The notes under the pieces were generated by a model that was not told where the DNA came from, did not search any database, and saw only the letters and a program-made list of their open reading frames with translations. From assembly GCF_037042905.1 (NCBI RefSeq), contig NC_087247.1, forward strand, positions 10,292,001-10,356,000: a stretch of 64,000 nucleotides of DNA. Reading direction: 5' to 3'. Positions 25,501-37,800 of this stretch are shown here, in pieces. The stretch's first letter is position 1, and every line of letters begins with the position of its first letter. Both the position numbers and the translations under genes were made by a program. The stretch is from Lytechinus pictus (taxonomy: Eukaryota).

Positions 25501-26280
25501 TGATTGTATTTTATTTAGTATTTGAATATATGTCTAAATATGATTTATTATTGCATTTCTTCATCAGCTTCCTAAGCCACGCAAGTGTGTACGATTGGCT
25601 GATATCAACATTATTACCTGGAGGTAAATTTTTCACATAAATCCTATTCAAATACTGATTTCATTCATTCTTTTAATATCGAACAAATCTTAACACGGTT
25701 GACAAAACTTCTTGAACTGTAGACGGATAAAACTTTTTTTTCCTGATTTACACATATTTATGTTAGATTGTGGCAAACAAAGTATAAACAAAAAAGTAAC
25801 AATGCCTCAGTTTTAATTTATGATAATTAATGTGAATTGAATCTAATTCATAATTTTTGTGTCATCTCTGATGTATTAACATACATAATGGCCTAAAAGA
25901 AAAACAAGTATATAAGAAAACCTATCAGAGTATAGTTTTTTTTTACAATATATTTTATTTCTTCCTCATATATAACATGTGAAATCAATGTATAACATGA
26001 AATAATTGATTCATAATTCATACATAAACATTTTAGCTTGATTATTCCAGAAGTAAACTTTCTGAATAAGTTTTTTAGTCAATCATTACACATTTATTTT
26101 ATACTCACAAAGAGAATAGTGATACAAATCAGAATCTTCAAAAAATATCTATGAATAGAATTATTTAAAAAAATGCAAACACACTATAGATAAATCTCAA
26201 GTTGAACATGATTCTTTTTCATTTACAATAAAAATCAAAATAACTTGACGAAGTTATATATTGGTACTTTATTTCAACAA

Positions 26281-26316
<36 letters not shown>

Positions 26317-29003
26317 CATTATTTAGTTGTAGTTTGCTAGGTTATAGTAAATAACTATTCTTATTGTGTTCTTACAGATACCTTAGCTGAGAGAGTATGG
26401 TTTGAACCGTGTGAACACGAGTATACATTCTATGTCGCAAATAAATCTGGTAACATCGTGGGAGGTCAGCTGTATGGGTCCTTCCAAGCTTCTTGTACCG
26501 ACTGCACCAAGTGAGTATGACATTTACTAAATTCTAAATAAATTTCTACTTTCATACCCTTGAAGTCAACTCAAATCTTTGCCATTGTTTTAGTCTCCAT
26601 TTCAATCCAATTGATATTTGAATTTTTAATTGTCTAATATTCATCACTTTTAATATTGTATTTACATAGTTTCTTTTCCATTCTATTGTATTATATTTAA
26701 TGAATTTTTATGTACACTTGCTCTTTAAAAATTATTTATTATCTATGTACATTACAGTACATGTTTAAATTGTAATTGTTGCTTTTATCCATGACTTGTG
26801 AACATTTTATTGTAAACATGCTAACTTCAGCCTTCTGGCTGTGTAACATGTATTGTTTTTATACGAAATAAACCATGATTGAATTGAATTGAATTGAATT
26901 GAATAGGTGTGTGTGTGTGTGTGTGAGGGGGGGGGGGGGTTGAATGGTTTTTCATCGACTGGGGGCGTTTTTAAAGTAAAGTACCGTACCTTAAATCTAG
27001 AGGTTTCTTAATGTTGATTTTATTTCACCTTCTCAGATGCATACTAATAGAATTGAAAAAAGTATATACTGGTTGGCCTAATTCCACTGCCATATAGATG
27101 TGGGTGCTTCGGGCATTTGACCCCCAAAGGTTTATGACCAAGAAAAAAGAAAGAGAAAATGAAAAGAAAATTTGTGAAATGTGGTATTGAAAATTAGATT
27201 CCCATTTTGAAAAAAACCTCGTTGTGCCCCCTTTCAAGTTTGTGCGCTGTATGCCTCAGGGAACTGGCACTGTTTGTCATAAGTTATCAATGTGATTTTG
27301 AATCGGATATCTTCTAGTAAGGAATACATAGCTTTATCACCAATGAGTCATGACCTATATAGCTGGAGTAAGATAGCTATATAGGTGCATCTCTGCCCCT
27401 GACTGAAAAAAAAAAATGGCCATGAAATTTGGGCATAGTAATTTTGTATTCTTACTTGAAAAGAACCTAATCATCACGAACAACCACTATAGTCTGTTGT
27501 GCAAAGCCTTCAGGGTCTGAATGTGCAGCCTATTACGCCCTGTGTACTGATGGCCGGCCCCCTCTCAACTGAAACAGCAAGTTTTATATGTGCTAGTCTT
27601 TGCATCGAGACCCACTTGTTGATCAATTGTTCAATCAGGATATGCGCCTGCAGACTAATAATCACTTTCTCACTTTTCTCTTCCTCTCTCTCGCTCAGGT
27701 CTTTCGGTGTGCAGCCAGTGCCTTATTCTAACCTCCTTCTAGTCATCCAGGACAGAGATTGTTCCTGCAATGCGAGAAACAGCATTCAACTGGACCCCGA
27801 AGAAGTGATTTACAATGAAACAGCCTGGTGCCAAAGACTACGACAGTTCAAAACGAGACGGAGACCCGATACGTGCTTCAACTACGATCCAAATGTTTGT
27901 ATTCATTGTTTTTTTTTGTACATCGTTATTGATCATTACTAATAAAAGAGGCTCCCAAATTACACATTTATACAAGACGTCTACTTAAATGAATATTGCA
28001 CAATCCTCAGTATAGTCCTTATGACGTCTATTTCAATGTAAAATGACAAAGAAATTGAGAGAAATATAACAAAACATGATAAGAAAAGGCATATGACTCA
28101 CGTGAACAATGTCCAATATGTAGTTCAGCTAAAAGCTGAGGAAGTACCAAAATTTGTTCCCTCCAGTCTCCATAGTTACTGCCTTTTCCCTCCAAATTCT
28201 CAGTTCACTTCTTTAGAACAAATCCCTTTTATCGGGGTCCCCAACAAGACTTCCCAAAGAGAATGGTAAAAGGCTTGAGTGAACTCTGACAATAGCCTTT
28301 GGGGTCAACCCATGTTCATTCACAAGTTGCATTGAAAGTAGATGAAAAGCCCCATCACAATGCTTTTAATTCTAAATCTATATAAAGGGTCCATTTTAGA
28401 TTATTATTTTTTTTTTTGGGGGGGGGGGGCTGTCAAAAATGCAGAATGATTACATGATGTTTCGTTAAGAAATGATGACCCTTTAATCCTTTGAATGTTT
28501 TTTCTTTCTTCATATCTCCACAGTATAACCTTTTTTAAAAATAGATTATATGAATTGTAACAATTGATTGCATGTTAAACTTCAAGCAATCTGCCCTTGT
28601 AATTTTGGTAATGTTTCATGGATCGTAACAAAATTCTTCTTAAAATGTTTGAGCTTGTTTACTCGTTATAAAGGAGTGGAATTGGGTTAAATTATAAATA
28701 AAAGTCATTCTTTGCTTCTCTGTGAAGTCTGTAATCAAGGATCCCCAAATAACACACTAAGATGAGTAAAGAATAACACTTTCTTTTCACATTCATTATT
28801 TCTTAAAGAGGGAGCATTTTGTAAAGTGATTAGTTGCCCCATTTCCCTTTTTATCTTGAGTAATTGTTTTTTTTTTCCATTTGTTTTCCATAACATTACA
28901 GGAGGATTCATCAGAATGTGGGCGTGGCATTGCTTCCCGACCTTCCACTTGCCTCATTCTCATTGGCCTCGTTTTGACCGCTTGGTGGCGCCATCATTAT
29001 TGA
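6607..29003 (+). CDS. CACNA2D: Voltage-dependent calcium channel subunit alpha-2/delta (CACNA2D3/4-like), 3' portion; join(6607-6703,17430-17729,18835-18918,19406-19518,20158-20241,20792-20856,21421-21468,22047-22109,22833-22909,24150-24222,25218-25270,25568-25623,26378-26510,27699-27894,28902-29003)
   Basis: Manual splicing gives AG/GT boundaries in consistent phase and one open frame. Motifs match alpha2-delta-3: CD..NHLIFDANVT..YW, FLGTYGGLTRIY, YFRR..FIYSVPF, LVTASTAI, CFLIDNNGYIVVS, DYQGMC, EPCEHEY, SNLLLV, RRRPDTC, and ECG plus a hydrophobic tail. The 5' exons lie outside the window. Confidence 0.93.
7261..12001. mobile_element. Fold-back element: left arm 7261-7885; right arm split into 9670-9908 and 11656-12001
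   Basis: 7261-7630 is the reverse complement of 11656-12001, and 7655-7885 is the reverse complement of 9670-9908. Confidence 0.8.
8135..9482. mobile_element. Non-autonomous hAT-like element with internal GCGCGAAGCGCGAGC repeats
   Basis: TIR CAGTGGCGTAGCTA / TAGCTACGCCACTG. Perfect 8-bp TSD ATGCACTG at 8127-8134 and 9483-9490. Confidence 0.88.
12130..17011. mobile_element. 4.9-kb palindromic non-autonomous DNA transposon (TAG...CTA ends, Academ- or Tc1-like) with internal ~210-bp tandem repeats
   Basis: TAGTCCGGGTTATAATTGAGCAAGG ... CCTTGCTCAATTATAACCCGGACTA. About 640 bp of near-perfect TIR is followed by mirrored tandem arrays that flip near 14715. Flanked by AAA on both sides. Confidence 0.9.
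17216..17391. mobile_element. MITE (Harbinger-like)
   Basis: GGGTGTTTCAGAAAGCTGTT / AACAGCTTTATGAAACACCC. A partial second copy lies at ~18477-18535. Confidence 0.7.
17430..17729 (+). CDS. CACNA2D: alpha2-delta exon, Thr/acidic-rich 100-aa insertion
   Basis: caaacacag|C ACT GTA ... AAA AG|gtatc. Phase 2/2, GC-rich open frame that joins the flanking exons in frame. Confidence 0.75.
17966..18380. mobile_element. CACTG-ended MITE (TA TSD) with a nested Harbinger-like MITE at 18184-18339
   Basis: TA|CACTGTAAAAAATTTAGGGTAAAA ... TTTTACCCAATATTTTTTTTAGAGTG|TA. Inner element GGGCCTGTTGCATAAAAC / GTTTTATGCAACGGGCCC. Confidence 0.75.
18539..18777. mobile_element. CACTA/EnSpm-like MITE
   Basis: CACTGTAAAAACTGTGGTGTTAA / TTAACACCACAGTTTTTGCTGTG, with internal AACACC/GGTGTT repeats. 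Confidence 0.7.
18835..18918 (+). CDS. CACNA2D: alpha2-delta exon DGVVLSFLGTYGGLTRIYHNPNMDYMF
   Basis: ttcag| ... |gtaag. Confidence 0.9.
19406..19518 (+). CDS. CACNA2D: alpha2-delta exon DFSSKDQQNTIEEDYFRRPVDEINEGFIYSVPFDTDS
   Basis: gtcag| ... |gtatgt. Carries the Cache-domain YxRR..FxYSxP motif. Confidence 0.92.
20158..20241 (+). CDS. CACNA2D: alpha2-delta exon YMFYSDPLVTASTAIHVNKDGSSFVTA
   Basis: caacag| ... |gtaag. Confidence 0.9.
20792..20856 (+). CDS. CACNA2D: alpha2-delta exon AGYQFLGSALKELFFNITSYQ
   Basis: ccttag| ... |gtaaaa. Confidence 0.88.
21160..21317 (-). mobile_element. tRNA-derived SINE (tRNA head plus GTGCCCTTGGTAAGGCA core)
   Basis: The - strand reads GGCGCTATAGCTCAGTCGGTAGAGCG...GGTTCGATTCCC..GTGCCCTTGGTAAGGCATT. 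It has A/B boxes but no proper acceptor or anticodon pairing. Confidence 0.75.
21421..21468 (+). CDS. CACNA2D: alpha2-delta exon YDEDCGYDCTPSCYND
   Basis: ttgcag| ... |gtaag. Cys spacing resembles CASLDGKCSISC. Confidence 0.88.
22047..22109 (+). CDS. CACNA2D: alpha2-delta exon SVECFLIDNNGYIVVSKDEGQ
   Basis: atgcag| ... |gtaac. Carries the hallmark CxLIDNNG motif. Confidence 0.95.
22833..22909 (+). CDS. CACNA2D: alpha2-delta exon VGTHFAMYSQNLRLFDKLVSDNIFQ
   Basis: atgcag| ... |gtaag. Confidence 0.9.
24150..24222 (+). CDS. CACNA2D: alpha2-delta exon ITVVDYQGMCQRNFTVSAAPTLHN
   Basis: cttcag| ... |gtgag. Carries the DYQxMC motif. Confidence 0.93.
25218..25270 (+). CDS. CACNA2D: alpha2-delta exon TLSNIMSIFTWLANQFI
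   Basis: ttgcag| ... |gtaagt. Confidence 0.87.
25568..25623 (+). CDS. CACNA2D: alpha2-delta exon FLSHASVYDWLISTLLPG
   Basis: catcag| ... |gtaaat. Confidence 0.85.
26378..26510 (+). CDS. CACNA2D: alpha2-delta exon (delta start) TLAERVWFEPCEHEYTFYVANKSG...CTDCT
   Basis: ttacag| ... |gtgagt. Carries EPC..EY and CxxC as in delta subunits. Confidence 0.92.
27699..27894 (+). CDS. CACNA2D: alpha2-delta exon SFGVQPVPYSNLLLVIQDRDCSC...RRRPDTCFNYDPN
   Basis: gctcag| ... |gtttgt. Lies within ORF 27499-27942. Confidence 0.95.
28902..29003 (+). CDS. CACNA2D: alpha2-delta last exon EDSSECGRGIASRPSTCLILIGLVLTAWWRHHY*
   Basis: ttacag| start. ECG omega-site-like motif, hydrophobic tail and TGA stop. Confidence 0.92.
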   Translation, partial: EDSSECGRGIASRPSTCLILIGLVLTAWWRHHY

Positions 29004-32000
29004 TGAAAAGACGACATTAAAATCAAATTGAAACTTTGCCATCGTTTTTTTTCTCTCTTCATTTTAAGTGTGTGCAACTTTTTTCATTCATGGTGCAAAT
29101 GACTCTGAAGGATTTTACTTTTTCAACAGAATGACGAATGATTCATTCTGAGGTGTTATTATTGTTATTATTGTTCTAGTGGCCCAAACATGGAGTAGTG
29201 TGTGTGCAGCACTTTGTAACCGAAAGGAAAAGGCGCTATATCAAACTGACTATTCGATTGGATGATACAAGTATAAATAACGTGTACTGCTCCAATTTGA
29301 TTATGCGAGGATAAGGAGATAAACGGATAATAGTTATTCTTTATTTCCATAGCGAGGACATTAACTACAACTGCGCTGGAATTTTCTCGTGCAATTTAAT
29401 GGACAGTTGAAATAGTGTCCGGATTGTCAGCTTGCAGTAATTTTTGCTGTACAGAGGAAAATCGGAAAGGATGCAGCGTTCTTTACCTTTTTCTTTATTT
29501 CATTTTTTTTTTACAAAATGCGAAGAATTCGGAATGTTACATTTATGATTATTTCCACTGTGATGATGATATCTTGTTCAATGGGAACCCGGCATATTTA
29601 ACGCCGAGCAATGGAATATGTAATCTTTTGTTACAATGCTCCCCAGGGAGTGGAGATGGTGCATACATTATGTGCGAACAAGCTAGGATCCGATGAATGG
29701 TTTATATCTGTTGAGTGGTTAGACAAAGTCGTTCCAATAACTCGAGCGCTTTACTCGCTGACAAGCGAGGAATATCATCATTATAATTATCAATATTCTA
29801 TAATGATTGGTGATTCATTTATTGATTTATTGCATTGTGGGTTAACCAAACAATTATGATACAGATATCAAATCATATTAGTAAACCTATGGGCGACTAT
29901 ACCAGGGACTAGGGGCACATTCCATGGAAAATCTAAATTTCATTCACCAACAATGGGAAATGCCACCCCCCCTCCGTCCCTTCCCTCCTTGGGGAGAATT
30001 TACATGCAAAGGGGATATATTTCTTATGTTTATTCACCCCCCCTCCCAAAGAGCGTCCATGGGAATAAGATTGCAAAAATGGAATAGATAGGCCTATATG
30101 AACTAGCCATTTAGTACAGGTTTTCAAGATGAAATGACAAATCAAACAATTGTAATAGAAATACATGGACTAATCATTAAAATAACATTTCTCTGTTATT
30201 CTTTCGAGTTCTGCTTTGTGAAAGAAGGGGAATTGTGCCCCGATGGTACCCTTGCTACGCCATTGGATTGCGCTGGAAAGCATCATTTTTATGAAGTATT
30301 CAACTTGTGATTTATTGATTAAACAGTATATTTGCAAATAAAAAAGGATTTATTATGCTTATTGATTTGAATTTGATATTTTGATATTGCTTTTCACAGT
30401 TTGTGCCTTTTCAATATTAAAGAATTGTATAACGTTATGCCTCTTTTATGCTGAGTAATGATGAATGTATTTTGTAAAGGTGATTTATTCAGAAAGCAGG
30501 TCATAGAAAATGTGGAAACACAAAGGAAGTGTTCATACAGAAAAGCGTCTAATTTCTTTTTTTCTGATTTTATTTTTGTAATATAAGCTGCAGAGTGTCT
30601 TTCAAGCAATGAAGTGCGTTTTTTTGTTACACCTCAAACTTGTCAAATCGAAGCGAAATTACGAACACCTGCAAAGTGTAGTTTCTGTTATTCCTCCAGA
30701 TTTATAAATTTTATTCATTTAATTATTTATTGCAAATATTTATCCAGAGTAGCCTATTCAGTTTGAAATAAATAAATATATATTCGTTTAATATACATTG
30801 GGGTACCATTAACATTTAAAGATTATTTGTCGTTGACAAAAGTATTTGGAAAATGAAGTTTGGTGAACGGCAACGTGGATACTTTTAGCCAGTGAATATG
30901 TTTTGACGCCGGTTAGACATTTGAATCAAAGCCGTAAAAATTTTTATTCCACATCCATGCGCGGCACTACAAGGGGGTAGGGAGGCAAAGGAATGGTCGA
31001 GCCAATTATATGTTTACGGATAAAAACAATAGGGAAATAAAAAAATCAATTGTGAAAAGTTTGGAAAAGAGACGGCCGTTTATATACTTGTCCCTTTTTT
31101 TCATTTATTTTTTCATAATGGGATGGATAAGCAAATCAGGAATGTAGAATGCTCTAAACATATCTGTATCCAAACTCTTCCCTCACTCCAATCATAGCTC
31201 TCTTTATCTTCCTTTCCCCCATTTTTTTTTTTTTTTGGGGGGGGGATAAAGATAACCCTTGTTTTAACAGCTTTTATTCTGTTTAACCCAGTTCAAAACG
31301 TAGAAAGTTCAAATTCCCGATCTACCGATCTTTGTCTTTGGTGAATGGCGTGTTCAACCGGAGAGATGTACATATATATGCTCCAAATTTAAAGCACAAA
31401 GTTTGCCTGCTGTGCGCAGTCTGCGTGCACAAGACCAGGCCACTTCACAAATGAAATAAAAGTACTGTGACATTCATTACATACATTTAACAATATTCAA
31501 AATATCGGCCCATCGTTGTTATCTTTGATATTTGAAAAATGTACTTTCAGAGCATTTTGGTTTATTTTTAGGGTACTTTTTTTTTATAGTGGTGCTCTGA
31601 GTCCGGGGCTTCCAACATCATACCGAATCACCGTACTCTGTCAGTGACGCTTCGTTTTCATTTTTTCTTGAGAGCTAGAACAACGCCGATATTATTTTCT
31701 TTTCTTTTTAATAAATAAACTATTTGAACAATAATTCAAAAGGCAGGGATCGCGGAACGAATTAGAGCCAAAAATGTATTTGGAAGGGGGGGGGGGCTGA
31801 AATCCTAATTCGGTGATCATTTTCACATTTTTGTACGTGGTTACTGAAAAAAAAATGCGTGGGATGGGGCTGAAGTGCACCACCTCCCCTCCTGTTCCGC
31901 GGCCGCTGAAAAGCATGGGAAAATAGGAATTTGATTCTTTGACAGGAAGTTGTATACATGTTCTCTTCCGTTGAATGTTTTATATAAATTACATACTATA

Positions 32001-34720
32001 TTTTGTTTATATGTGTGCTTCCGATCAATTGTTATGTAAAAATTGTGTATGTAGGTGACTTACTTGAAAAAATTGAAAAAATTGTTATTTCGAATTATGC
32101 ATGGCTCTTAATCGATATTTTACTTTGTATTTTAACGGCAATACAGCACATATTCAAGGAATAGCACAGTCATTATATTACATTGAAGGCGAAAAAATAA
32201 ATATAGCATTTTCAATTCAATTCATAATTATACTTTCTAAAACGGTAATTGTGCTTGAAGTCATCGGCGTTTTCAGTTGCAAAACGCCGTGCTGTACTGC
32301 TTTCTGAAAGCAAAACTTTATAATGCCATAAATTTCTCATTTTATATTCTAATTTTCCTATACAATAATTCAAATCATTTTTTTCTTTAAAGTAAACCTG
32401 TATCCCATTGCATTAAAGTAACGACTATGGTAACTTTGCCATCCAATGGTAACTACCATGGTAAAGACGGTCAACAGCCAATCAGAATCGAGGATTCGAT
32501 GGAAGTTATACCATTGGATGGCAAAGTACCATAATGGTAACTTTTATGCAACGGGGCCCTGGACTTTCAAACTTTTGCCATTACTTTATTTTGACGAGTC
32601 AAATTATATTTTTCTTTGGGAACTAACATAAAAAATTCCATAAACATTGTTATTTAACTGCCATGCTAAGAGTCCAGTCAGCAGATTTGGTGCTAGGTCT
32701 GACATGTTTTCAGATACTCATGAAACATTTGTTTTTTAATGTTATGCATGAATGTAGAAAAATCAGCAAAAATGCCTTATGGGATAGCAAGCGTTCACAT
32801 TAATATCCCATTGATGCTCTACTCTGTTTAGAATATTCCTGTTCTTATACCCCCAATATTGTAATCCGTATACTATTATATTCTATTGAGTCAATATAGT
32901 ACTTCTTTGTTGAAGTACTATATTATATTGAGAGTCAATATAGCACTTCTTTGTTGAAGTACTGTATGTTCGCAATCATGTTCAAATTGTGTATTGTATT
33001 GTAATGTAACTAAATCTACATTCACAAGTGTTGCAATTGTTGAATTATATATTACCAAGTTTTTATATTTAAGAGGACATTAGTAAATTTGCTGAAAGAT
33101 TGCTAGCTTTTGTCTAAGATTCATTATGTTTGATGTGATGTGTATTCGAAAAACTGTTTCTACACAGGTTAAAAAGAAAGACAAATGACATGAATGAAAC
33201 GGGAATTCGAATGTTTTAAAAATACATTTAATGGAAATATTTGCACAATAAAGGACAAGAAATGCACATAAAACGTTAATAAGTAAAAGAAATACATCAT
33301 ACGAAATGAGATTTATTTAAAATCGTGATGATATGTCTTCAGATGGACTGAAAAAGGAAAATAAATAATAAAACAATACAACCACTCATATCAATACATA
33401 CATTAGTCAACTTGGTCGTCGGCAAGTATGGGCCGGTCGCGGTCCCGACTATATAGGTTTATACGTGGACCTATGGTCCATAAGTCTTTTTTAAAAACAA
33501 GGCCAATAACAAAAGTAACAATAGCAAGGCCATCAAATAAGAAATGAATATGTTCTAAAGGCTAGGTCTCCGCAAATTGCCTCAAAACATACGACAGTGT
33601 TTTTGGAACAAATGTTAATTAGCAAAAAACCACTCTCAGTCAATTTGAAAAATCAATGATTCTATCATTGCCGTAGCTGTTAATTACGATTCTATTTCCT
33701 GTTTATTTCTTGTATAAAATTCAATTTTTAATAATAAATGAAGAAAAACAATGAAGAATGTAGAACGAAGAAAAAAAAATCAAACATTCTTGTGTCTTAG
33801 GAGCCATCCCCAACAACACGTTCATAAAGAACAGACAATGCCACACAAATAAATAACATTAACGAGAATAAGAAACAGAACATAACAGAAGGCATCAAAT
33901 TGAACATTGCATTGGAACTCCATCAACATTAACATGGTTAATTAGTGTATACATTATATTATCTTTTATTATTAACGATATATGTTTTTTTTATAATTTG
34001 CTCAGAAAATATAATCAAAATGAAGTGTTTGTTTGACGCCAGATCGGAATCCACAATTTTATACATAACGATAATCATAATAGCCTCAAGTTTGTACTTT
34101 TTTCTTTTGTTCCCCTGATAAAAAAAATGATCAGTCATTCTCCTTTTTTTTGTTAACAAGCAATTCTAAAATGAAACCAAAATAATATGGTCACTAAAAA
34201 CACATTTAAAATAAAACGAGGTCATTACGAAAATAATTATAAGTGATTACACGTAAGCCTTCTTTTAAACTCCGTTACATGCTTTTTCATTTTTTACAAA
34301 GATAAATAAGACGCTGATTTTTAAGTTTCTCTGATTAACTCATATTTCAAATGACATGGAAAACAATAGACTGTGGTAAGTCTCATAACAATCATGTAAA
34401 AGCAGCCGATGGAGATTAATATTTCAAACAAATATATGATTTCTTTAAAAAAAATATAGAACAAGACATTCTGTATTCATAATCAAATCTCTGTAGCCAA
34501 AGCACGTTTACAAACTCGCTCCACAGTAATGATAAGATATATTTTTACATCATGATCTGATTTAATATACTTTTTATCAATATACATAATTAAGAGTAGA
34601 AAAAGTTTTTATACAGATAGAGAGAAATTGGAAATGAGAACAATTATTATACATATTTATTGAGAAAACAAAGATATAAACTCAAGACTTTAGTTCGAGA
34701 AGAGGCGTAAAGGTCGATAT

Positions 34721-34850
34721 TTATTTGGTCAATTTGTGCCATCTGACATCGAACGGTCCTCCTTGCCCCATGCAACCAAACCGATCTGATACTAGACCGC
34801 CATCGATACCGATATCATCGGCTGACATCGTGTGCATGTATACCATGAAC
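34721..34850 (-). CDS. MIF: MIF-like A exon 3
   Basis: ccaatatag|G TTC ATG GTA ... TAA. Confidence 0.88.
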
Positions 34851-37800
34851 CTATATTGGAGAGCAGGGCAGACGATAACGGGAGAAGGGGGGAGGGGCAG
34901 AAAGGGAGAATAAAGGGGGAGAAAAGATATTGTAAAAAAAATAATTAATAATATTAAGAACTCTAGTATTTTTATTACGAAAATTACACTTGGCATAGTA
35001 ATTTCACAATGGAACGACAAAGGAGAGGAGTATTACAGACTATGATAAGGGGAAGTTTCTGTTTCTGATCAATTAAATTTGCACGACGTTCATCATGTTA
35101 CTCCACTGAACATCACAAGGTAACACATTTTAAAAATTCTTTTTAACACATATCATATCTGCAGCTACAGCTTCACATTGCCATAGGTGGGGTGGGGTGA
35201 GAGACTGATTTTAAAATATTCATTTCCGGGCGTTTTACGAGCCCATAAGGTGATACTTTTTTACTTATAAGTAGGCCTATAACAAAAAAAATGCAATGAA
35301 TAAGTGTCAATAAGCAATGGAGATAATCCATACTTATATCTAAATCATGAGTAGCAAAGAAAGGCAATATCTTTCTGAAGATAATATAGGACAGTGGCGG
35401 ATCCAGGTCGACAATGGGGCACATCCGGCCTGTGCCCCCTTTTTTGAGAGAGCCATAACACATATTTGTTAGGGGATTACATCGTGCACACGCAAGTGAT
35501 GGTTTATAATCCATTATTATTTATTTTTTGCTTGTAAAATTGTCGTGCATACGCGAGTGAGGACACCCATTTTTATTGCTTGTCATTTTTTCCTGACATA
35601 AATCACCATTAATTTGGGGTGAAGATATTTATTTCAGTTTATTTATTTATTATTTATTTATTTATTATTATTATTATTATTTTTTTTTTTGGGGGGGGGG
35701 CTTTTTATCTTTTTTGGCTACGAAATGTCCCCTCCCCCTTTGGACAATCCTGGATCCGCCCCTGATACAGGGCAACCTTAATCAGACCATCGATAAAAAA
35801 AGTGCTATTTCCGAACTCACCTGGAGGAATTTTTAAGTTTAAGGTGCTCCTTGATGAAGTCCAAGATCTTTTGAGATGTTTCTCTTCGATGATCTACGTC
35901 CCCGAATCCACGGGACGTACACAGCGAGACATACCCGGCCGGGTCGGTCGACCCTCCCCGGAGCATGAACTGATTCGGGTGGATGTGAACGGTTATCTTC
36001 TGCAAATTGAAACAAAAGGTTGACAATTATTGATGAGATCTTGATCAATGACTGAATAGATAGATGAAATAATGCATGAGACTTGAATCAATGGTAATTA
36101 ACACTGGAAGGAACAAGGTTAAATCAACATTATATTTGGTAATCAAATCATAAAACATAAAATAACATTGTAGGCCCTACAATGACAGAAAAATACCCGC
36201 ATTAATATACTTTTATCATCTTTATGAAAATATGTCGTCGGGATCTATTTATGTCAATTTAGGATATAAAATTGCTTAAAAAAAAGGTTTCACTAAGATT
36301 AAAACAATTGATCTGAAAATCGGTCTTTTCATACAAACAAACTATATAGATAATTTACACCATTCAATCTAACCATCATAAATCGAATAGGGGGGGGGGG
36401 TCGGTGTAACTTGTAAGGTGTATTCCCTCCACGCTCCCCCGCCCACCCCCTCCTCACTAATGATCAGATAGGCCTATAATCTTTCTCCAATAGGCCTACT
36501 CATGTTTCCGTTTTCCCAAGTTATATCATGACGAGGAAGCTGAACGAACACTGAACTCTGAATTGTTATTATGTGTTGCATTTATTCAGTGAACATTTTG
36601 TTGAACAAGTCCGAAACATCGTCTGTGCCCTTCATATATGTATTTACATAAAATTCTTATCTCATGGATACAAATGTCACCCACAAACACGTCTATCGAT
36701 TAAGAACAGACAGAGCAACACTTGGACGACAATGTTTATGTTTTATCTTTAAAAAGATAAACGACACCGTGAACTATTGACATTGATAATATTTATATAA
36801 AGAACTTCTCTGGAATAACTGAAATGGCTTTAAAACGCTCAGGACTAACCCCCTTCAGTCACTCTACCAGTAAATAATTCGTGCTGACTCTTTAAAAAAA
36901 TAACTTCGTATATTTATTTTTAGATGAGCTAATAATAGACAGAGTTGGCCAAATACAATATTTTGTTCAATGGCACAATGAAAAAAAACAAACAATATTT
37001 TTTGTTTGATTATGGACTTTAAACGCTCTCTCTCCAGATACACGATTCGCTTCCTTTCCTTGTTATAGGCCTAATTTTGTTCAATCAAAAAGTACATGCA
37101 TGGCTTTTGTAAAAGATAAACAAGGCATGACTACATGTATGTCAAGGACAAGGTCATCAAAAGAAAACATGAACATCGATCAATAGTGGATTTTGAATAA
37201 TAATACATTTCTGATAACGACTTGGGATAATAGTACTACCCTGGAGGCTCTGAAGTGGTTTCATCAATAATTTCTATTATTGAAAGGTAACCCCCGGCCC
37301 ATTCGTTGACATAAGAACCAAAAACACATCAGAAGCTCTGCTAGAATTGATGAATTAAAGTTGAGGCCTGTATTTACAAAACACAAATTAGAGGAGTATG
37401 CGGCCATGCATGTCTTTGGATTATTATTTGTATTGACCAATAATTAGTAGCTTTGCCAGACGAATTATTTCAAAGGGAGGGAGTTGTGGTTGGATGCCTC
37501 CATGGGCGGAAATCCAAGGGGGGACAGGGGGGACGTGTCCCCCCTACTCAAAATAGTAGAGGGGACACAATATCAAATGTCCCCCCTACTATTTTTGGTC
37601 TTTTATGATGGTAAGAAATACATCATTATAAATCGAAATAAAACATGTATTTTGGGACGAGATGACCTTACTTTGGCGATGATAACCTTTTTTTTGCTTG
37701 TCAAATTTTGGTTTTTTAAAAGTGCTCTGTAAAAATGTCAGTTTTATGGTCTGAACTTGCGCTGCGCTCGCAAATTTTGATTTATCAGGTACCTATTATT

